Source: Candidatus Nanoarchaeia archaeon (GTDB lineage: Archaea; Nanobdellota; Nanobdellia; Woesearchaeales; WJIZ01). Taken from it: a DNA stretch of 64,000 nucleotides. Each line of letters starts with the position of its first letter. The first letter of the stretch is position 1. A program made the position numbers and the translations under genes. Below, piece by piece: positions 1-9,118 of the stretch. The DNA lies in NCBI GenBank assembly GCA_028279765.1, contig JANQND010000011.1:30976-94975 (forward strand). The letters are read 5' to 3'. Under the pieces are notes generated by a model, which had not been told where the DNA came from, ran no database searches, and saw nothing but the letters and a program-made list of their open reading frames with translations.

Positions 1-268
1 TTTTATGGGATGTATGCAAAGAAATTCTCTGGCAGCAGTGCATTTATTTCGACGATTGCCGGAATTATAGCGGGCTTCTTGTACTTTCCTGACACGACTT
101 GGTCAACGAGTATTTTGGGCCTGATTGCTCCGCTTCCCTTTATGCAGGCAAATTTGCTGTGGTCTTTTGCTATTGCATTTGTAGTACCTTTAGTGCTTTC
201 CTTTGCCTTGCGCTTTGGAAAACCGTACTCTTTTGCAGCGCTGAAGAAGAAAGTAGTGGTGCTTTCTG

Positions 269-898
269 ATGAGTAAGCTTCATGCACAACTCTGGGAGGA
301 GAATAAGGGTTTAGTTCAGGCTTGCCTGAACCATCCTTTTGTTCAAGGCCTAAAAGATGGAAGTTTGGATCCGGAAGCATTCAAGCGTTATGTAGGACAG
401 GATGCATTTTTTTTGAAGGCTTTTTTTCGCGCTTATGCGCTTGCTGCAGCTAAATGTACTGATGAGAGCCATGCTACACTTTTTGTTACCTTGATGCAGG
501 GAGTTCTGGATGAGCTTGCATTGCATAAGGCTTACAGTAAGAAACTGGAAATTGATTTGGACTCTGTTAAGCCTTTCTCTGCTTGTCGTTCCTACATTGA
601 TTTTCTGATGCACACTTCTTATCAGTGCCCGCTGGGTGAGATTACTGCAGCAATGGTCCCCTGCATGAGACTGTATGCTTTTCTCGGCCAGGAGTTAAGT
701 AAAGGCTCTTATGCTGAAACATATAAAGAATGGATAGGGAACTATTCTTCTGAAGAGTTTGAGAAGTTAGCAGTGGAACTTGAGGACCTGCTTGATTCGG
801 TAGCTACTGATACTGCTGCGGCGCATGATGCTTATCGCTACGCGTTACAGTGTGAGCTGGATTTTTTTCAGGCACCGTTGGAGGTTAGAGATGCTTAA
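269..898 (+). CDS. tenA: TenA/thiaminase II family protein (aminopyrimidine aminohydrolase)
   Basis: 209-aa ORF; N-terminal region resembles the TenA/PqqC fold (HPFVQGL...FKRYVGQDAFFLKAFFRAYALAA). Adjacent to thiL and thiD. Confidence 0.7.
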   Translation: MSKLHAQLWEENKGLVQACLNHPFVQGLKDGSLDPEAFKRYVGQDAFFLKAFFRAYALAAAKCTDESHATLFVTLMQGVLDELALHKAYSKKLEIDLDSVKPFSACRSYIDFLMHTSYQCPLGEITAAMVPCMRLYAFLGQELSKGSYAETYKEWIGNYSSEEFEKLAVELEDLLDSVATDTAAAHDAYRYALQCELDFFQAPLEVRDA

Positions 899-1811
899 TT
901 CGGTTGGCGAGTTTGGACTGATCGATTTGATTTCGAAGAAGATCAAGTCTAAGGATGTAGTCGTAGGTATAGGTGATGATTGTGCAGTTGTTAAGCATAA
1001 GAAAGAGTTTCTACTCTATACGACGGATTGCCATGTTGAAGGTGTGCATTCCGACTTACGATGGTTTTCCTTTAAGCAGGTCGGCATGAAAGCGATCGAG
1101 GCGAATGCTTCTGATATTTATGCGATGGGTGGAATTGCACGGTTTGCTTTGGTTAGTTTGGTTCTTCCTAAATCTTTAGAGGTTTCTTCTGTTAAAGAAA
1201 TGTATAAAGGAATGCGTGTTTCTGGTAAAAAACATAGTGTTGAAATTATTGGAGGGAATATTACCTCAGGAAAACAGCTGAGCATTTCTGTTACGATGAT
1301 CGGTTCTTGCTCTAAACCTGTTTTACGCTCTACTGCTAAACCTGGCGATTTGATTTTCGTGAATGCTTCTCTGGGAAATGGGCATGCAGGCCTTCGATTA
1401 CTGCAGAAGAAGAAAAAGGGTTTTGATATCCTGAAGAAAGCGCACGTTTTGCCTAAAACTAAGTCTGTTGATTGCCCTGCGAGCTCCATGATTGATATTA
1501 GCGACGGCCTTGTTTCTGACCTTTCGCATATCTGCAAATCCAGCGGCTGCGGTGCGGTCTTGTTTTCTTCGAATATTCCTCTTTCTGAATCAGTGAAAGA
1601 GGCAGCTTTGCTGCTTGGTGAGGATCCTTTGTCCTATGCTCTTTTTGGTGGCGAAGAGTTTTGCATGTTGTATACGGTTTCTCCTAAGGATTTAGATTCT
1701 GCTGAAGGCTACTTAATTGGTGAGATTACTTCTAAGAAAGGTATTCGTCTGTATGATGAAGGAAAAGAGAAATTGATTAAGAAAAGAGGGTATGAGCATT
1801 TTAGGGAGTAG
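891..1811 (+). CDS. thiL: Thiamine-monophosphate kinase
   Basis: Start reassigned to the ATG at 891 (MLNSVGEFGLIDLI...GIGDDCAVV), a typical ThiL/AIR-synthase-like N-terminus. It overlaps the tenA stop by 8 nt. The ORF track's start at 825 would overlap tenA extensively. Confidence 0.75.
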   Translation: MLNSVGEFGLIDLISKKIKSKDVVVGIGDDCAVVKHKKEFLLYTTDCHVEGVHSDLRWFSFKQVGMKAIEANASDIYAMGGIARFALVSLVLPKSLEVSSVKEMYKGMRVSGKKHSVEIIGGNITSGKQLSISVTMIGSCSKPVLRSTAKPGDLIFVNASLGNGHAGLRLLQKKKKGFDILKKAHVLPKTKSVDCPASSMIDISDGLVSDLSHICKSSGCGAVLFSSNIPLSESVKEAALLLGEDPLSYALFGGEEFCMLYTVSPKDLDSAEGYLIGEITSKKGIRLYDEGKEKLIKKRGYEHFRE

Positions 1812-1923
1812 ATTTCTGATTTGTCGTAGTTCTATTCTCAAAATGCTTATAAATTGATTCTGGCTTCTCCCTTTCTATTGACAAGAAAGTAGAATATTGA
1901 TTAAGGTGAGCTAATTTCTTGAA

Positions 1924-2331
1924 GTGATTGCAATGCAGGAATACAACTTAGAAAGATTTATGGATGAGACTGAAAGCTTGTACGAGTCTGCTCCTGTCAA
2001 TTATCTTAAAATTCTGGATATCATTTACGATTTGCTTCATATTCGTAAGGAGATTATGGAGGCAGAAACCCTTGTATCTGAATACTCTGCTAAAGCTTAC
2101 CTTCTGCTTGATGAGGGAGAAGCGGGGAACGTGAACCCCCGATTAATGTTAGCGGGAGAGCAGAGAGAGAAGTCTCTGCATAATTGGTATGATGTTGAGA
2201 GAAAGGAATTATCCTTGGAAAAATCCCTCTTTGAAATAGGGGTTTCTGCGCCAAATGCATATGAAGGTGCTCTCAATTATGAGAAGGCAGTCGGTTATGT
2301 CAAACAGAAAATTCTTTTTGCTCTTGAGTGA
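1924..2331 (+). CDS. hypothetical protein
   Basis: 135-aa ORF with no recognisable motifs. Confidence 0.4.
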   Translation: MIAMQEYNLERFMDETESLYESAPVNYLKILDIIYDLLHIRKEIMEAETLVSEYSAKAYLLLDEGEAGNVNPRLMLAGEQREKSLHNWYDVERKELSLEKSLFEIGVSAPNAYEGALNYEKAVGYVKQKILFALE

Positions 2332-2545
2332 TTATTCATCACAACATTATTAAAGCATAACCTCTCAGAGTACCTATTATGGTCGATAAGGATTTTCAGG
2401 AATTCATTGATTATGCAATGGAGCAATATAAGGAATATGAGAAGCTTGACAAGGGAGACTTTTCTTTTCAGGAATTCTTGATGATTGTGCTAATCTGGAA
2501 AACCGAGGAAATCCTGGAGCGCTTAGAGACGCCAAAAAAATAAAT

Positions 2546-3328
2546 CTATTTCTGATAGAAATGATCTAACACATAATTTTGCGATCCTACCTTGAATCCA
2601 TTTTCGAGGGCATAATGCACGTACTCAACGGATTTCTTTACTGATTCTTTCATAGTGTTTCCTTTTGCCAGGTGCGCTGCAATTGCTGATGATAGTGTGC
2701 AGCCGGTTCCGTGGCCTTCTTTGTCCAGTTTTTTGTTTTGGATTTCAGTGAATTCTTCTCTATCGTAGAATAAGTCTGATACTTTATCTCCTTCTAAGTG
2801 CCCGCCTTTGAGCAAAACACTTTTGCAGCCTAATTTATGGATGTCAATTGCTGCTTTTTTCATCTCTTCTGGTGTTTTAATGTCGAATCCTACCAGCACT
2901 TCTGCTTCGGGAATGTTTGGTGTAACGATGTCAGCTAAAGGAAAAAGCTTTGTTTTGAGGGTTTCTATTGCTTCGTCTTCTAAGAGTTTTGCACCGCTTG
3001 CCGCAATCATAACCGGATCGAGAACGATATTTTTTAGGTTGTGTTTTTGTATGTTTTCAGCAACGCATGCAATGATTTCTTTGTTTGCCAGCATACCAAC
3101 TTTTACTGCATCCGCTCCAATATCAGTTACCACCGCTTCAACCTGTTTAGAAATGACTTCTAACTCCGTATTCTGTACTGCGGTTACTTCCTTGCTGTTT
3201 TGTGCGGTAATAGCAACAATTGCAGATGAACCCCATACTCCTAGTGACGCAAAGGTTTTCAGGTCTGCCTGAATGCCTGCCCCTCCCCCAGAATCCGATC
3301 CTGCAATCGTTAATGCCTTTGGTTTCAT
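2546..3328 (-). CDS. thiD: Hydroxymethylpyrimidine/phosphomethylpyrimidine kinase
   Basis: MKPKALTIAGSDSGGGAGIQADLKTF... is the canonical ThiD/PfkB-like N-terminus. Lies with tenA and thiL in a thiamine salvage cluster. Confidence 0.85.
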   Translation of the reverse strand: MKPKALTIAGSDSGGGAGIQADLKTFASLGVWGSSAIVAITAQNSKEVTAVQNTELEVISKQVEAVVTDIGADAVKVGMLANKEIIACVAENIQKHNLKNIVLDPVMIAASGAKLLEDEAIETLKTKLFPLADIVTPNIPEAEVLVGFDIKTPEEMKKAAIDIHKLGCKSVLLKGGHLEGDKVSDLFYDREEFTEIQNKKLDKEGHGTGCTLSSAIAAHLAKGNTMKESVKKSVEYVHYALENGFKVGSQNYVLDHFYQK

Positions 3329-3426
3329 GCATAGAATGAATGAGATGTGGTTTTTAAGAATTATGATTGAAAATTTAGTATTTATAAGCCGATACCTTTA
3401 TAAATCAATCTCAAATCCAAGAATGC

Positions 3427-3714
3427 ATGAAAAGAATTGGTACTTCACGACGCAAGACACGAGCTAAGTTTACAAAGCATTTTCGAAAAAAAGGCAAAAT
3501 TGGCCTTTCCCAGTATTTTCAAACTTTTAATGAGGGTGACAAAGTACAGCTTAGTGTTGAGCCTGCTGTTCAGAAGGGTATGTATCACCCACGATTTATG
3601 GGTAAGGCAGCAACTATTTTAGGTAAAGTAGGAACCTGCTATGAAGTATCTATTCAGGACCAACAGAAAAAGAAAACATTGATTGTTCATCCAGTACATT
3701 TGAAGAGGGTATAA
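3427..3714 (+). CDS. rpl21e: 50S ribosomal protein L21e
   Basis: 95-aa basic protein (SRRKTRAKFTKHFRKKG...GKVGTCYEV) of L21e type. Followed by rpoF, as in archaea. Confidence 0.85.
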   Translation: MKRIGTSRRKTRAKFTKHFRKKGKIGLSQYFQTFNEGDKVQLSVEPAVQKGMYHPRFMGKAATILGKVGTCYEVSIQDQQKKKTLIVHPVHLKRV

Positions 3715-3716
3715 GT

Positions 3717-4052
3717 ATGTCACAACCAGAACTTGTTAAAGAAACGCCTATGAGCCTTGCAGAGGTAAACCTGGAAGTTGCTAAAATTAAGAAAAGAGAC
3801 AAGGAGCTGAGCTTTCGAACCCAGCGAACCGACGAGTACCTACAGCATTTTGCTGTGAAAGATGCTCACAAGCTTGTTGAGACCCTCAAAAAGCTGGAAA
3901 TTCCACGATTAAAAGAGGAACATATTGCAAAGATTGTTGATTTGCTTCCTAAGACTGTTGATGATCTGAAAGGTGTTCTTCAGGGTTACACCGTTACCGT
4001 AACCAAGGATAACCTGAAGAAGATCGTTGATGAAGTTGTTAAGTTTGCTTAA
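3717..4052 (+). CDS. rpoF: DNA-directed RNA polymerase subunit F (Rpb4 homolog)
   Basis: 111-aa ORF immediately downstream of rpl21e, reproducing the conserved archaeal rpl21e-rpoF gene order. Its size and charged helical character fit RpoF. Confidence 0.6.
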   Translation: MSQPELVKETPMSLAEVNLEVAKIKKRDKELSFRTQRTDEYLQHFAVKDAHKLVETLKKLEIPRLKEEHIAKIVDLLPKTVDDLKGVLQGYTVTVTKDNLKKIVDEVVKFA

Positions 4053-4220
4053 TTCTTTATTTTGTTTACTTGTTTGTTGTAGAAAAAATAATACTACTGG
4101 CAGGTAAACCAATTTTTACTTCGTAAAAATCTCGGCTCCAAGTCTTCGCCGTTTACGCCAGTATTATTTTTTCTAGTTGAATGAAAAGATTGAAAGAAAT
4201 ATAAGATAAAAGAAAAAAAA

Positions 4221-4808
4221 TTAATCCTTAAGCGCTTTTTTTCTGCGGTTAAGGTTTGCTCTTCGGCTTGGTCGCAATTTCTCTGCACCTTTGCCTTTGT
4301 TGTTTCTCAATCCACGGCTTTTAAGGCCGGATGAAGTTAATCCTCTAAAGACTCTGTTCTTCTCTGAGCTGATCCAGTTGATGTTTTTATCCGCAACGAT
4401 GTGAGGATTGGTTCGATCAACTAAGATGATTTCAAACCAGAAGAATTTCCCGTCTTCAGCGACCTGATAAGAGTTAAGAACCTCGCAGTTAATGAATTTT
4501 CGTGCTGCACGCTCTTCAGCTACCTGCTGATAGCTTTTTTCAAGGTTTTTGATCTGTGAGCTTGCTCGCGGCCGTTTTCCCTTTACCCAGTCTCTTGGGT
4601 GCTGTCTTTTGGACCTGCTCAGGCGCTGCCTTACGATAATAAAGCCGGGCTTTGCCTTGTATCCAAGTGATCGCGCTCTATCGATTCTGGTCGGTTTTTC
4701 AATGCGAATCGTTACCGGATCTCTTCTCCAGGCAATTAATCGTTCTTTGTAGAATTCATTTTCCTTGGGTTTTTTCCAAGCATCTCTTACGTATTTGTAT
4801 AGTCCCAT
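4221..4808 (-). CDS. rpl15e: 50S ribosomal protein L15e
   Basis: [15 protein letters not shown]...FIIVRQRL is a canonical L15e. A T-rich terminator region lies between it and the convergent rpoF. Confidence 0.9.
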   Translation of the reverse strand: MGLYKYVRDAWKKPKENEFYKERLIAWRRDPVTIRIEKPTRIDRARSLGYKAKPGFIIVRQRLSRSKRQHPRDWVKGKRPRASSQIKNLEKSYQQVAEERAARKFINCEVLNSYQVAEDGKFFWFEIILVDRTNPHIVADKNINWISSEKNRVFRGLTSSGLKSRGLRNNKGKGAEKLRPSRRANLNRRKKALKD

Positions 4809-4924
4809 TTGGTCTAGCCTCCGTTGTTTACTATTGTTCCCAATTCAGGCAAGCTACGCCCACATCTTGGTATATCTAAGAATTAGCTATTGCTTTATAA
4901 AGATTAGGGTATATTCTCCTTTCT

Positions 4925-5077
4925 ATGACGAAGAAAATTGTTGCTCTTGTGCTGATCACGGTGTTAATTCTTAATTTATTGGGATTAGCGTTTGGGTATG
5001 TTAATAACTTGGCGTTTTGGGTTGTTTTGATTGTTATTGCTGCTATTTCTCATGTGATGTTTCCAATGAGAAAGTGA
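4925..5077 (+). CDS. small hydrophobic protein (about 50 aa, unannotated)
   Basis: ATG-initiated short ORF (MTKKIVALVLITVLILNLLGLAFGYVNNLAFWVVLIVIAAISHVMFPMRK) with two TM-like segments. Not in the ORF track because of its length. Confidence 0.3.
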   Translation: MTKKIVALVLITVLILNLLGLAFGYVNNLAFWVVLIVIAAISHVMFPMRK

Positions 5078-5154
5078 ATTGAGGGCTTTGCCTTTTCCGT
5101 TTTGCTAAAATTTATATGTTATAAGTTATTCTTTTGCTATTTTAAAGTACTAAA

Positions 5155-5898
5155 ATGGCAACAGTTGAAGATTTATATAACGCAGGTAAGAAAAGTAAGA
5201 AGTTTGATCAACTGATAAGAGCAGCAGCAGGTGTCGCTGATGGCGGAAAGGGCAATAAAACTGAATTCTTCAAATATTTGAACCGAGCAGCAAAGGACTT
5301 GATCAAAAAGGGCGGAACAACTTCTGGTTTGGTTGAAATAACTCGACTCTATTCTGAAATTAAACAGCTTGTGCCGAATAGCATATACTTCACTATCAAT
5401 AGAAAACTAGGTGGAGATTATCATCTTGAGGACAACACGTTGCAGCATAGCATTTCAGTGAAAACTGCACATATAATGCACATTGAAAGACAAAGACACT
5501 CAGAATATGGTGCGGAACCACACTCTTGCATTGATGTAATTTGTTTTGGTTACAAAATTGATGAAAGACACCAAGTTGACTTGTTTCGGCCTTGGATATT
5601 TGCTGATGGTACTGAAGAACTTGCTTCGCAGTATTTCCAGGGTATTTCTGTTAATGGCAGTGCACTCGGTGCTGCTTGGGATGGGGCATGCGAGCATGAG
5701 CACATGCGCCAGTTGCATAAGAATCCTGAACTGCTTCACTTCTCAATTCTCGCAAGTGGTAGGCCAATTTTCTTTCCAAATGGAAAATCTTTTCAGCTAG
5801 GAGATAAGGCAGCAAATAGGGGAATAATTAGAAACCATTTCTATGATTTAGCAAATTTAGTTGTAGATGCCTATAATAAAGAACTCTCTAATAACTAG
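5155..5898 (+). CDS. hypothetical protein
   Basis: 247-aa ORF with no recognisable motif. Confidence 0.45.
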   Translation: MATVEDLYNAGKKSKKFDQLIRAAAGVADGGKGNKTEFFKYLNRAAKDLIKKGGTTSGLVEITRLYSEIKQLVPNSIYFTINRKLGGDYHLEDNTLQHSISVKTAHIMHIERQRHSEYGAEPHSCIDVICFGYKIDERHQVDLFRPWIFADGTEELASQYFQGISVNGSALGAAWDGACEHEHMRQLHKNPELLHFSILASGRPIFFPNGKSFQLGDKAANRGIIRNHFYDLANLVVDAYNKELSNN

Positions 5899-5903
5899 AA
5901 ATC

Positions 5904-6506
5904 TTAAACACCACTCTCAGCCATTCGGGTTGGCGAGCGAAGCGTTCCTTCGATCCTTTTGATCTCTTCTCTGAGATGGTCGATGGTTCGCTGGTTTTCC
6001 TGCTGCTGAAGAAGGGTTCCGCATTCCGGACACTTAAACTCGAACTCAGTTGCCTGATCGAAATCCAATCTTGCACATGCTTTTGCGCAAATAAAGAAAA
6101 TGCCTTTGCTTGCCTCTTCTTTTCTGAGGCGCTCTTTGAGTCGCTCAAGCTGCATTTTTTTCATGTTTTCGATGAGCTCATTGATTCTTTTCTTATTGAA
6201 GGTCCAGTAGCTGATGTACCAGCCTTTTTGCCTGTCCTTCTTTCGAATATAGGTCGCAACATGATGAGTATGCAGTTTATAGAGCGTGTTTCTTACGGTC
6301 TGCATATCCAGCTTGAGTTTATCTGCGATGGTAAATTCAGAGACGTTTTTTTGATCTCCCAGAAAATTGATAATGGCAACGCCGACTTCTCCTGCTACTG
6401 CAAACACAGTATCTTCTACTTTTTTGTTTTCTTTCTTCTTTGGAGCTGCTTTTTTTGCTTTTGTAGCAGTTTTCTTGGTTTTTTTTGCCGCCATTGTCTT
6501 TTCCAA
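5904..6506 (-). CDS. tfe: Transcription factor E (TFE alpha) with lysine-rich N-terminal tail
   Basis: Winged-helix region followed by a zinc ribbon (CPECG...). The N-terminal about 30 aa are K/A/T-rich (KKTKKTATKAKKAAPKKKENKK). Confidence 0.7.
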   Translation of the reverse strand: MEKTMAAKKTKKTATKAKKAAPKKKENKKVEDTVFAVAGEVGVAIINFLGDQKNVSEFTIADKLKLDMQTVRNTLYKLHTHHVATYIRKKDRQKGWYISYWTFNKKRINELIENMKKMQLERLKERLRKEEASKGIFFICAKACARLDFDQATEFEFKCPECGTLLQQQENQRTIDHLREEIKRIEGTLRSPTRMAESGV

Positions 6507-6732
6507 TTATATGCGAGAGCAGTCTCTCAGGCTCCATTTATGATGAAACGCTAGTACTGCAGAACACATCATCTACCTGTTCTTTCGCTTTAACCTAATT
6601 TATGAGAATACTCTTATATAAATCTTTCGGTTTAAGTATACACTTTTGTGATATTTTTCCGTCGATAAATGAGTTTATATAGATTTAGTAACCATTATAA
6701 AGTAATGATACTAAGTTATATAATTTATATAA

Positions 6733-6999
6733 TCATTCAAGCCTCACCACATTAGTCGTAGGCAGCTTGATGCCGATCTTGCGAAGATTGACTAAGTCTT
6801 CTATCTGCTTTCGAGTAATCTTGAGGAATTCCTCATAATCTTTTGGCTTGAGCTTTCTGAGAAGGAAGTGGAAAGTATCAATATGGGTATTGTATACTCT
6901 TCCCATTATGGGATGTTTCTGCACACATTTCTTGCAGATGAAATGCGACCCAATGATTTCCAGCCAGGAATCTTCTCTCTTGCAGCTATCACAGTTCAT
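6733..6999 (-). CDS. small zinc-ribbon protein (CxxC...CxxC)
   Basis: MNCDSCK...FICKKCVQ. Overlaps the upstream GTPase gene by 4 nt on the same strand, so they are probably co-transcribed. Confidence 0.45.
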   Translation of the reverse strand: MNCDSCKREDSWLEIIGSHFICKKCVQKHPIMGRVYNTHIDTFHFLLRKLKPKDYEEFLKITRKQIEDLVNLRKIGIKLPTTNVVRLE

Positions 7000-7742
7000 T
7001 GTATTTCTCCCTTCTGCCAGTCTTTGATAATCATTCTTGCTGCTCTTTGAATATCAGCTTCCCCACCCTTTTTCAAGATATTCTTTTTGAGAGCGATCTG
7101 TTCAATGATTTCTTCCTGATCTTCCCTTTGGTCTTCCTGGTAGTGAGCCTCTATTTTTCCCGGAAATGATTCCATGAGCTCTAATACGATGAGATCGGGA
7201 TCTTTACATTTGGCATAATCAATGCTTCCGATAATCGTGTGCTTTGCCGTGTCTTTTTCTTTGTAGGGGATGACACCCGGAGTATCCAGAAACACTATTC
7301 TATTGTCTGCTCTCACTTTCTGAAGGCCTTTGGTATGGCCGCTTGAAGAGCTTGTTGAGGCCGAATGCTTTCCCTTCATGGCGTTTATTAATGAGCTCTT
7401 GCCTACATTCGGATATCCGAGAACCCCTACATTGGTTTTTTTGAACTGCGGATAGGCCCTGGTGGCTTCTATGAGAATCCTGTCTCTGAGCATGGTTGTT
7501 CCATGATGGTTCTTTGCCGAGATGAACACACAGGGTTTAAGTGTTTTCTTTTGCTTTTCAACGATTTCTTTGTCTACCAGATCACATTTTGTGAGGACAT
7601 AGATTAATGGTTTATTCGCTTTTTTTACTTTGTTTTCGATCTCTTTATTTCTGGTCTGCTCGATCATTCGTGCATCCAGAAGTAGTAGGAGCACATCAGC
7701 ATCTTCAATAACCTTGTTTACGACATTCCAAAAGTTTGGCAT
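6996..7742 (-). CDS. Circularly permuted ribosome-biogenesis GTPase (YlqF/RbgA/Nug1-like)
   Basis: The G4 motif (TKCDL) precedes the G1 P-loop (GYPNVGKSSLIN) and G3 (DTPG), which is the permuted order seen in YlqF-family GTPases. Confidence 0.7.
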   Translation of the reverse strand: MPNFWNVVNKVIEDADVLLLLLDARMIEQTRNKEIENKVKKANKPLIYVLTKCDLVDKEIVEKQKKTLKPCVFISAKNHHGTTMLRDRILIEATRAYPQFKKTNVGVLGYPNVGKSSLINAMKGKHSASTSSSSGHTKGLQKVRADNRIVFLDTPGVIPYKEKDTAKHTIIGSIDYAKCKDPDLIVLELMESFPGKIEAHYQEDQREDQEEIIEQIALKKNILKKGGEADIQRAARMIIKDWQKGEIQ

Positions 7743-7788
7743 AAGAGATCAAGTCCTTGGAGGCTATAAAAAGGTTTGTGAGAATCAA

Positions 7789-8232
7789 TCAAATACCATT
7801 ACCCTGGTTCTGCCAGATGTCCTCGAAGATTTCCCGCTCAAAGAATGCGAATCTTCCCTGGTGCTGCCTGTTCTCTAAGGAACTATCACCAAGCACGTGT
7901 TGGCGATGATGGGCAAGCTCATGGCTTATGGCATCGACACTGCACTCGTGCAACTCCAGAACACCATTCTCGTAATAATGCCCTATGAACTCTCTTTGAG
8001 GAGACTGTATTTTAATTACTCTCAGACCTTCGAGATATTCATCAGAGACACTGTCCAGTATTTGCAGGCATTCCTCTTCCTGAGTTGTATCATAAATTTT
8101 TAGTTCAATGGTTCGATATTTGGTTGGATCAACATAGGCACCAGTGATATCACTGACTTCAAATCGAATGACATAGGAGAATACCAGAAGAAAAACGATA
8201 ACTCCCGCTGTCGTCATAATGATTTTCTGCAT
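7789..8232 (-). CDS. membrane-anchored putative zinc metalloprotease (HExxH; DUF45/WLM-like)
   Basis: Start trimmed to MQKIIM, giving an N-terminal TM anchor, then an HELAHH motif. The track's upstream extension would translate through the GC-rich structured element, so it is rejected. Confidence 0.45.
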   Translation of the reverse strand: MQKIIMTTAGVIVFLLVFSYVIRFEVSDITGAYVDPTKYRTIELKIYDTTQEEECLQILDSVSDEYLEGLRVIKIQSPQREFIGHYYENGVLELHECSVDAISHELAHHRQHVLGDSSLENRQHQGRFAFFEREIFEDIWQNQGNGI

Positions 8233-8302
8233 ACTTACTTTTTGGGCATTAGGGTATAAATATGTTTTGGAATTGAGAACATAATTAACTATAGTAGTCT
8301 CT

Positions 8303-8436
8303 TTTGACGCCAGCAACTTTGACGGCTGACGGATTGCAAGGCAATCCTTGTCGGCTACCCCGGAGGGGCTGAATTTGCTAAGCAAATTCAACTTCGCATA
8401 GCGAAGTTCCCCCAGCCGACCAGCGTCACAGCTGGC
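8303..8436 (+). ncRNA. candidate structured ncRNA (element A of a two-member family)
   Basis: GC-rich island in an AT-rich intergenic region. It carries hairpins ggattgc-aag-gcaatcc, gaatttgc-taa-gcaaattc and cttcgc-ata-gcgaag, plus an enclosing helix gtcggct/agccgac. Shares CTACCCCGRAGG and TCCCCCAGCCGR motifs with 12307-12447. Strand is assumed. Confidence 0.45.
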
Positions 8437-8500
8437 TATTTTTATGTTAATTAGGACTGTAAGAACATACTTTTTTATAGTTTTCAACTATTTGTTACTT

Positions 8501-9118
8501 ATGGTGCAATCATTCAACGCTGAAGGAATACTCTTTTTCCCTTATGCACGGTTTATGAGAAAAGAGCTTGCCATCCCTCATCTGCAGATGAAGAATATTT
8601 CTCAACTTGACCCGAAAAAATTGAAAAAAGCCGGTATTAGGGCTGTTGTGTTTGATAAGGATAATACTCTGACTGAACCCTATGCTTTGATAGTACACCC
8701 CAGTATAAGAAAATCACTTGCTTCTTTTCGAAAAGAATTCGGCAAGAACCTTGCTATTCTCTCTAATTCTGCAGGATCAGCTGATGATAATGCCTTTCGG
8801 GATGCAAAGAACATTGAAAAATCGCTTGGCATCTCTGTCATCAGGCACAAAAAGAAAAAACCTTCCTGCATTGATGAGGTTGAGATGCATTTTGGGATAA
8901 AACGAGAGGAGATTGCCTGTATCGGTGATCGATTATTTACCGATACGGTGTTTGGGAACCGCTATGGCATGCTTACTATTTTGGTTGAACCGTTTACTCA
9001 TAAGAGAGATAATTGGTTTGCAAAGATGCTCGGTCTTTATGAAAGAAAATTACTCGAGAAATGGGAAAAGAAAGGAATGAGTCCTCTGGCGCATCCTGCT
9101 CAAGAAAAACTGGCTTAG
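8501..9118 (+). CDS. HAD-superfamily phosphatase, subfamily IIIA (YqeG/GEP4-like)
   Basis: Has the VVFDKDNTLT (DxDxT) motif and a downstream GDR..D motif. Start chosen at the internal ATG (MVQSFNAEG) to avoid overlapping the structured element. Confidence 0.65.
   Translation: MVQSFNAEGILFFPYARFMRKELAIPHLQMKNISQLDPKKLKKAGIRAVVFDKDNTLTEPYALIVHPSIRKSLASFRKEFGKNLAILSNSAGSADDNAFRDAKNIEKSLGISVIRHKKKKPSCIDEVEMHFGIKREEIACIGDRLFTDTVFGNRYGMLTILVEPFTHKRDNWFAKMLGLYERKLLEKWEKKGMSPLAHPAQEKLA

Noticed and set aside
2808-3272. 154-aa plus-strand ORF antisense to thiD.
   Set aside because: It is fully embedded opposite a confidently identified ThiD gene, and its low-complexity Ser/Ala-rich translation is typical of antisense artefacts.
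8303-8436. Reading the paired structured elements as hammerhead ribozymes, C/D-box sRNAs or fluoride riboswitches because of CTGAYGG-like strings.
   Set aside because: The flanking core motifs required for those families are absent. These are the hammerhead GAAA and stem III, a D box at the 3' end, and the crcB conserved segments.
7789-8487. The ORF track extends the metalloprotease-like gene 85 codons upstream to 8487.
   Set aside because: The extension translates through the GC-rich hairpin-dense element. The TM signal anchor begins at the internal Met (MQKIIM, 8232), which is the more plausible start.
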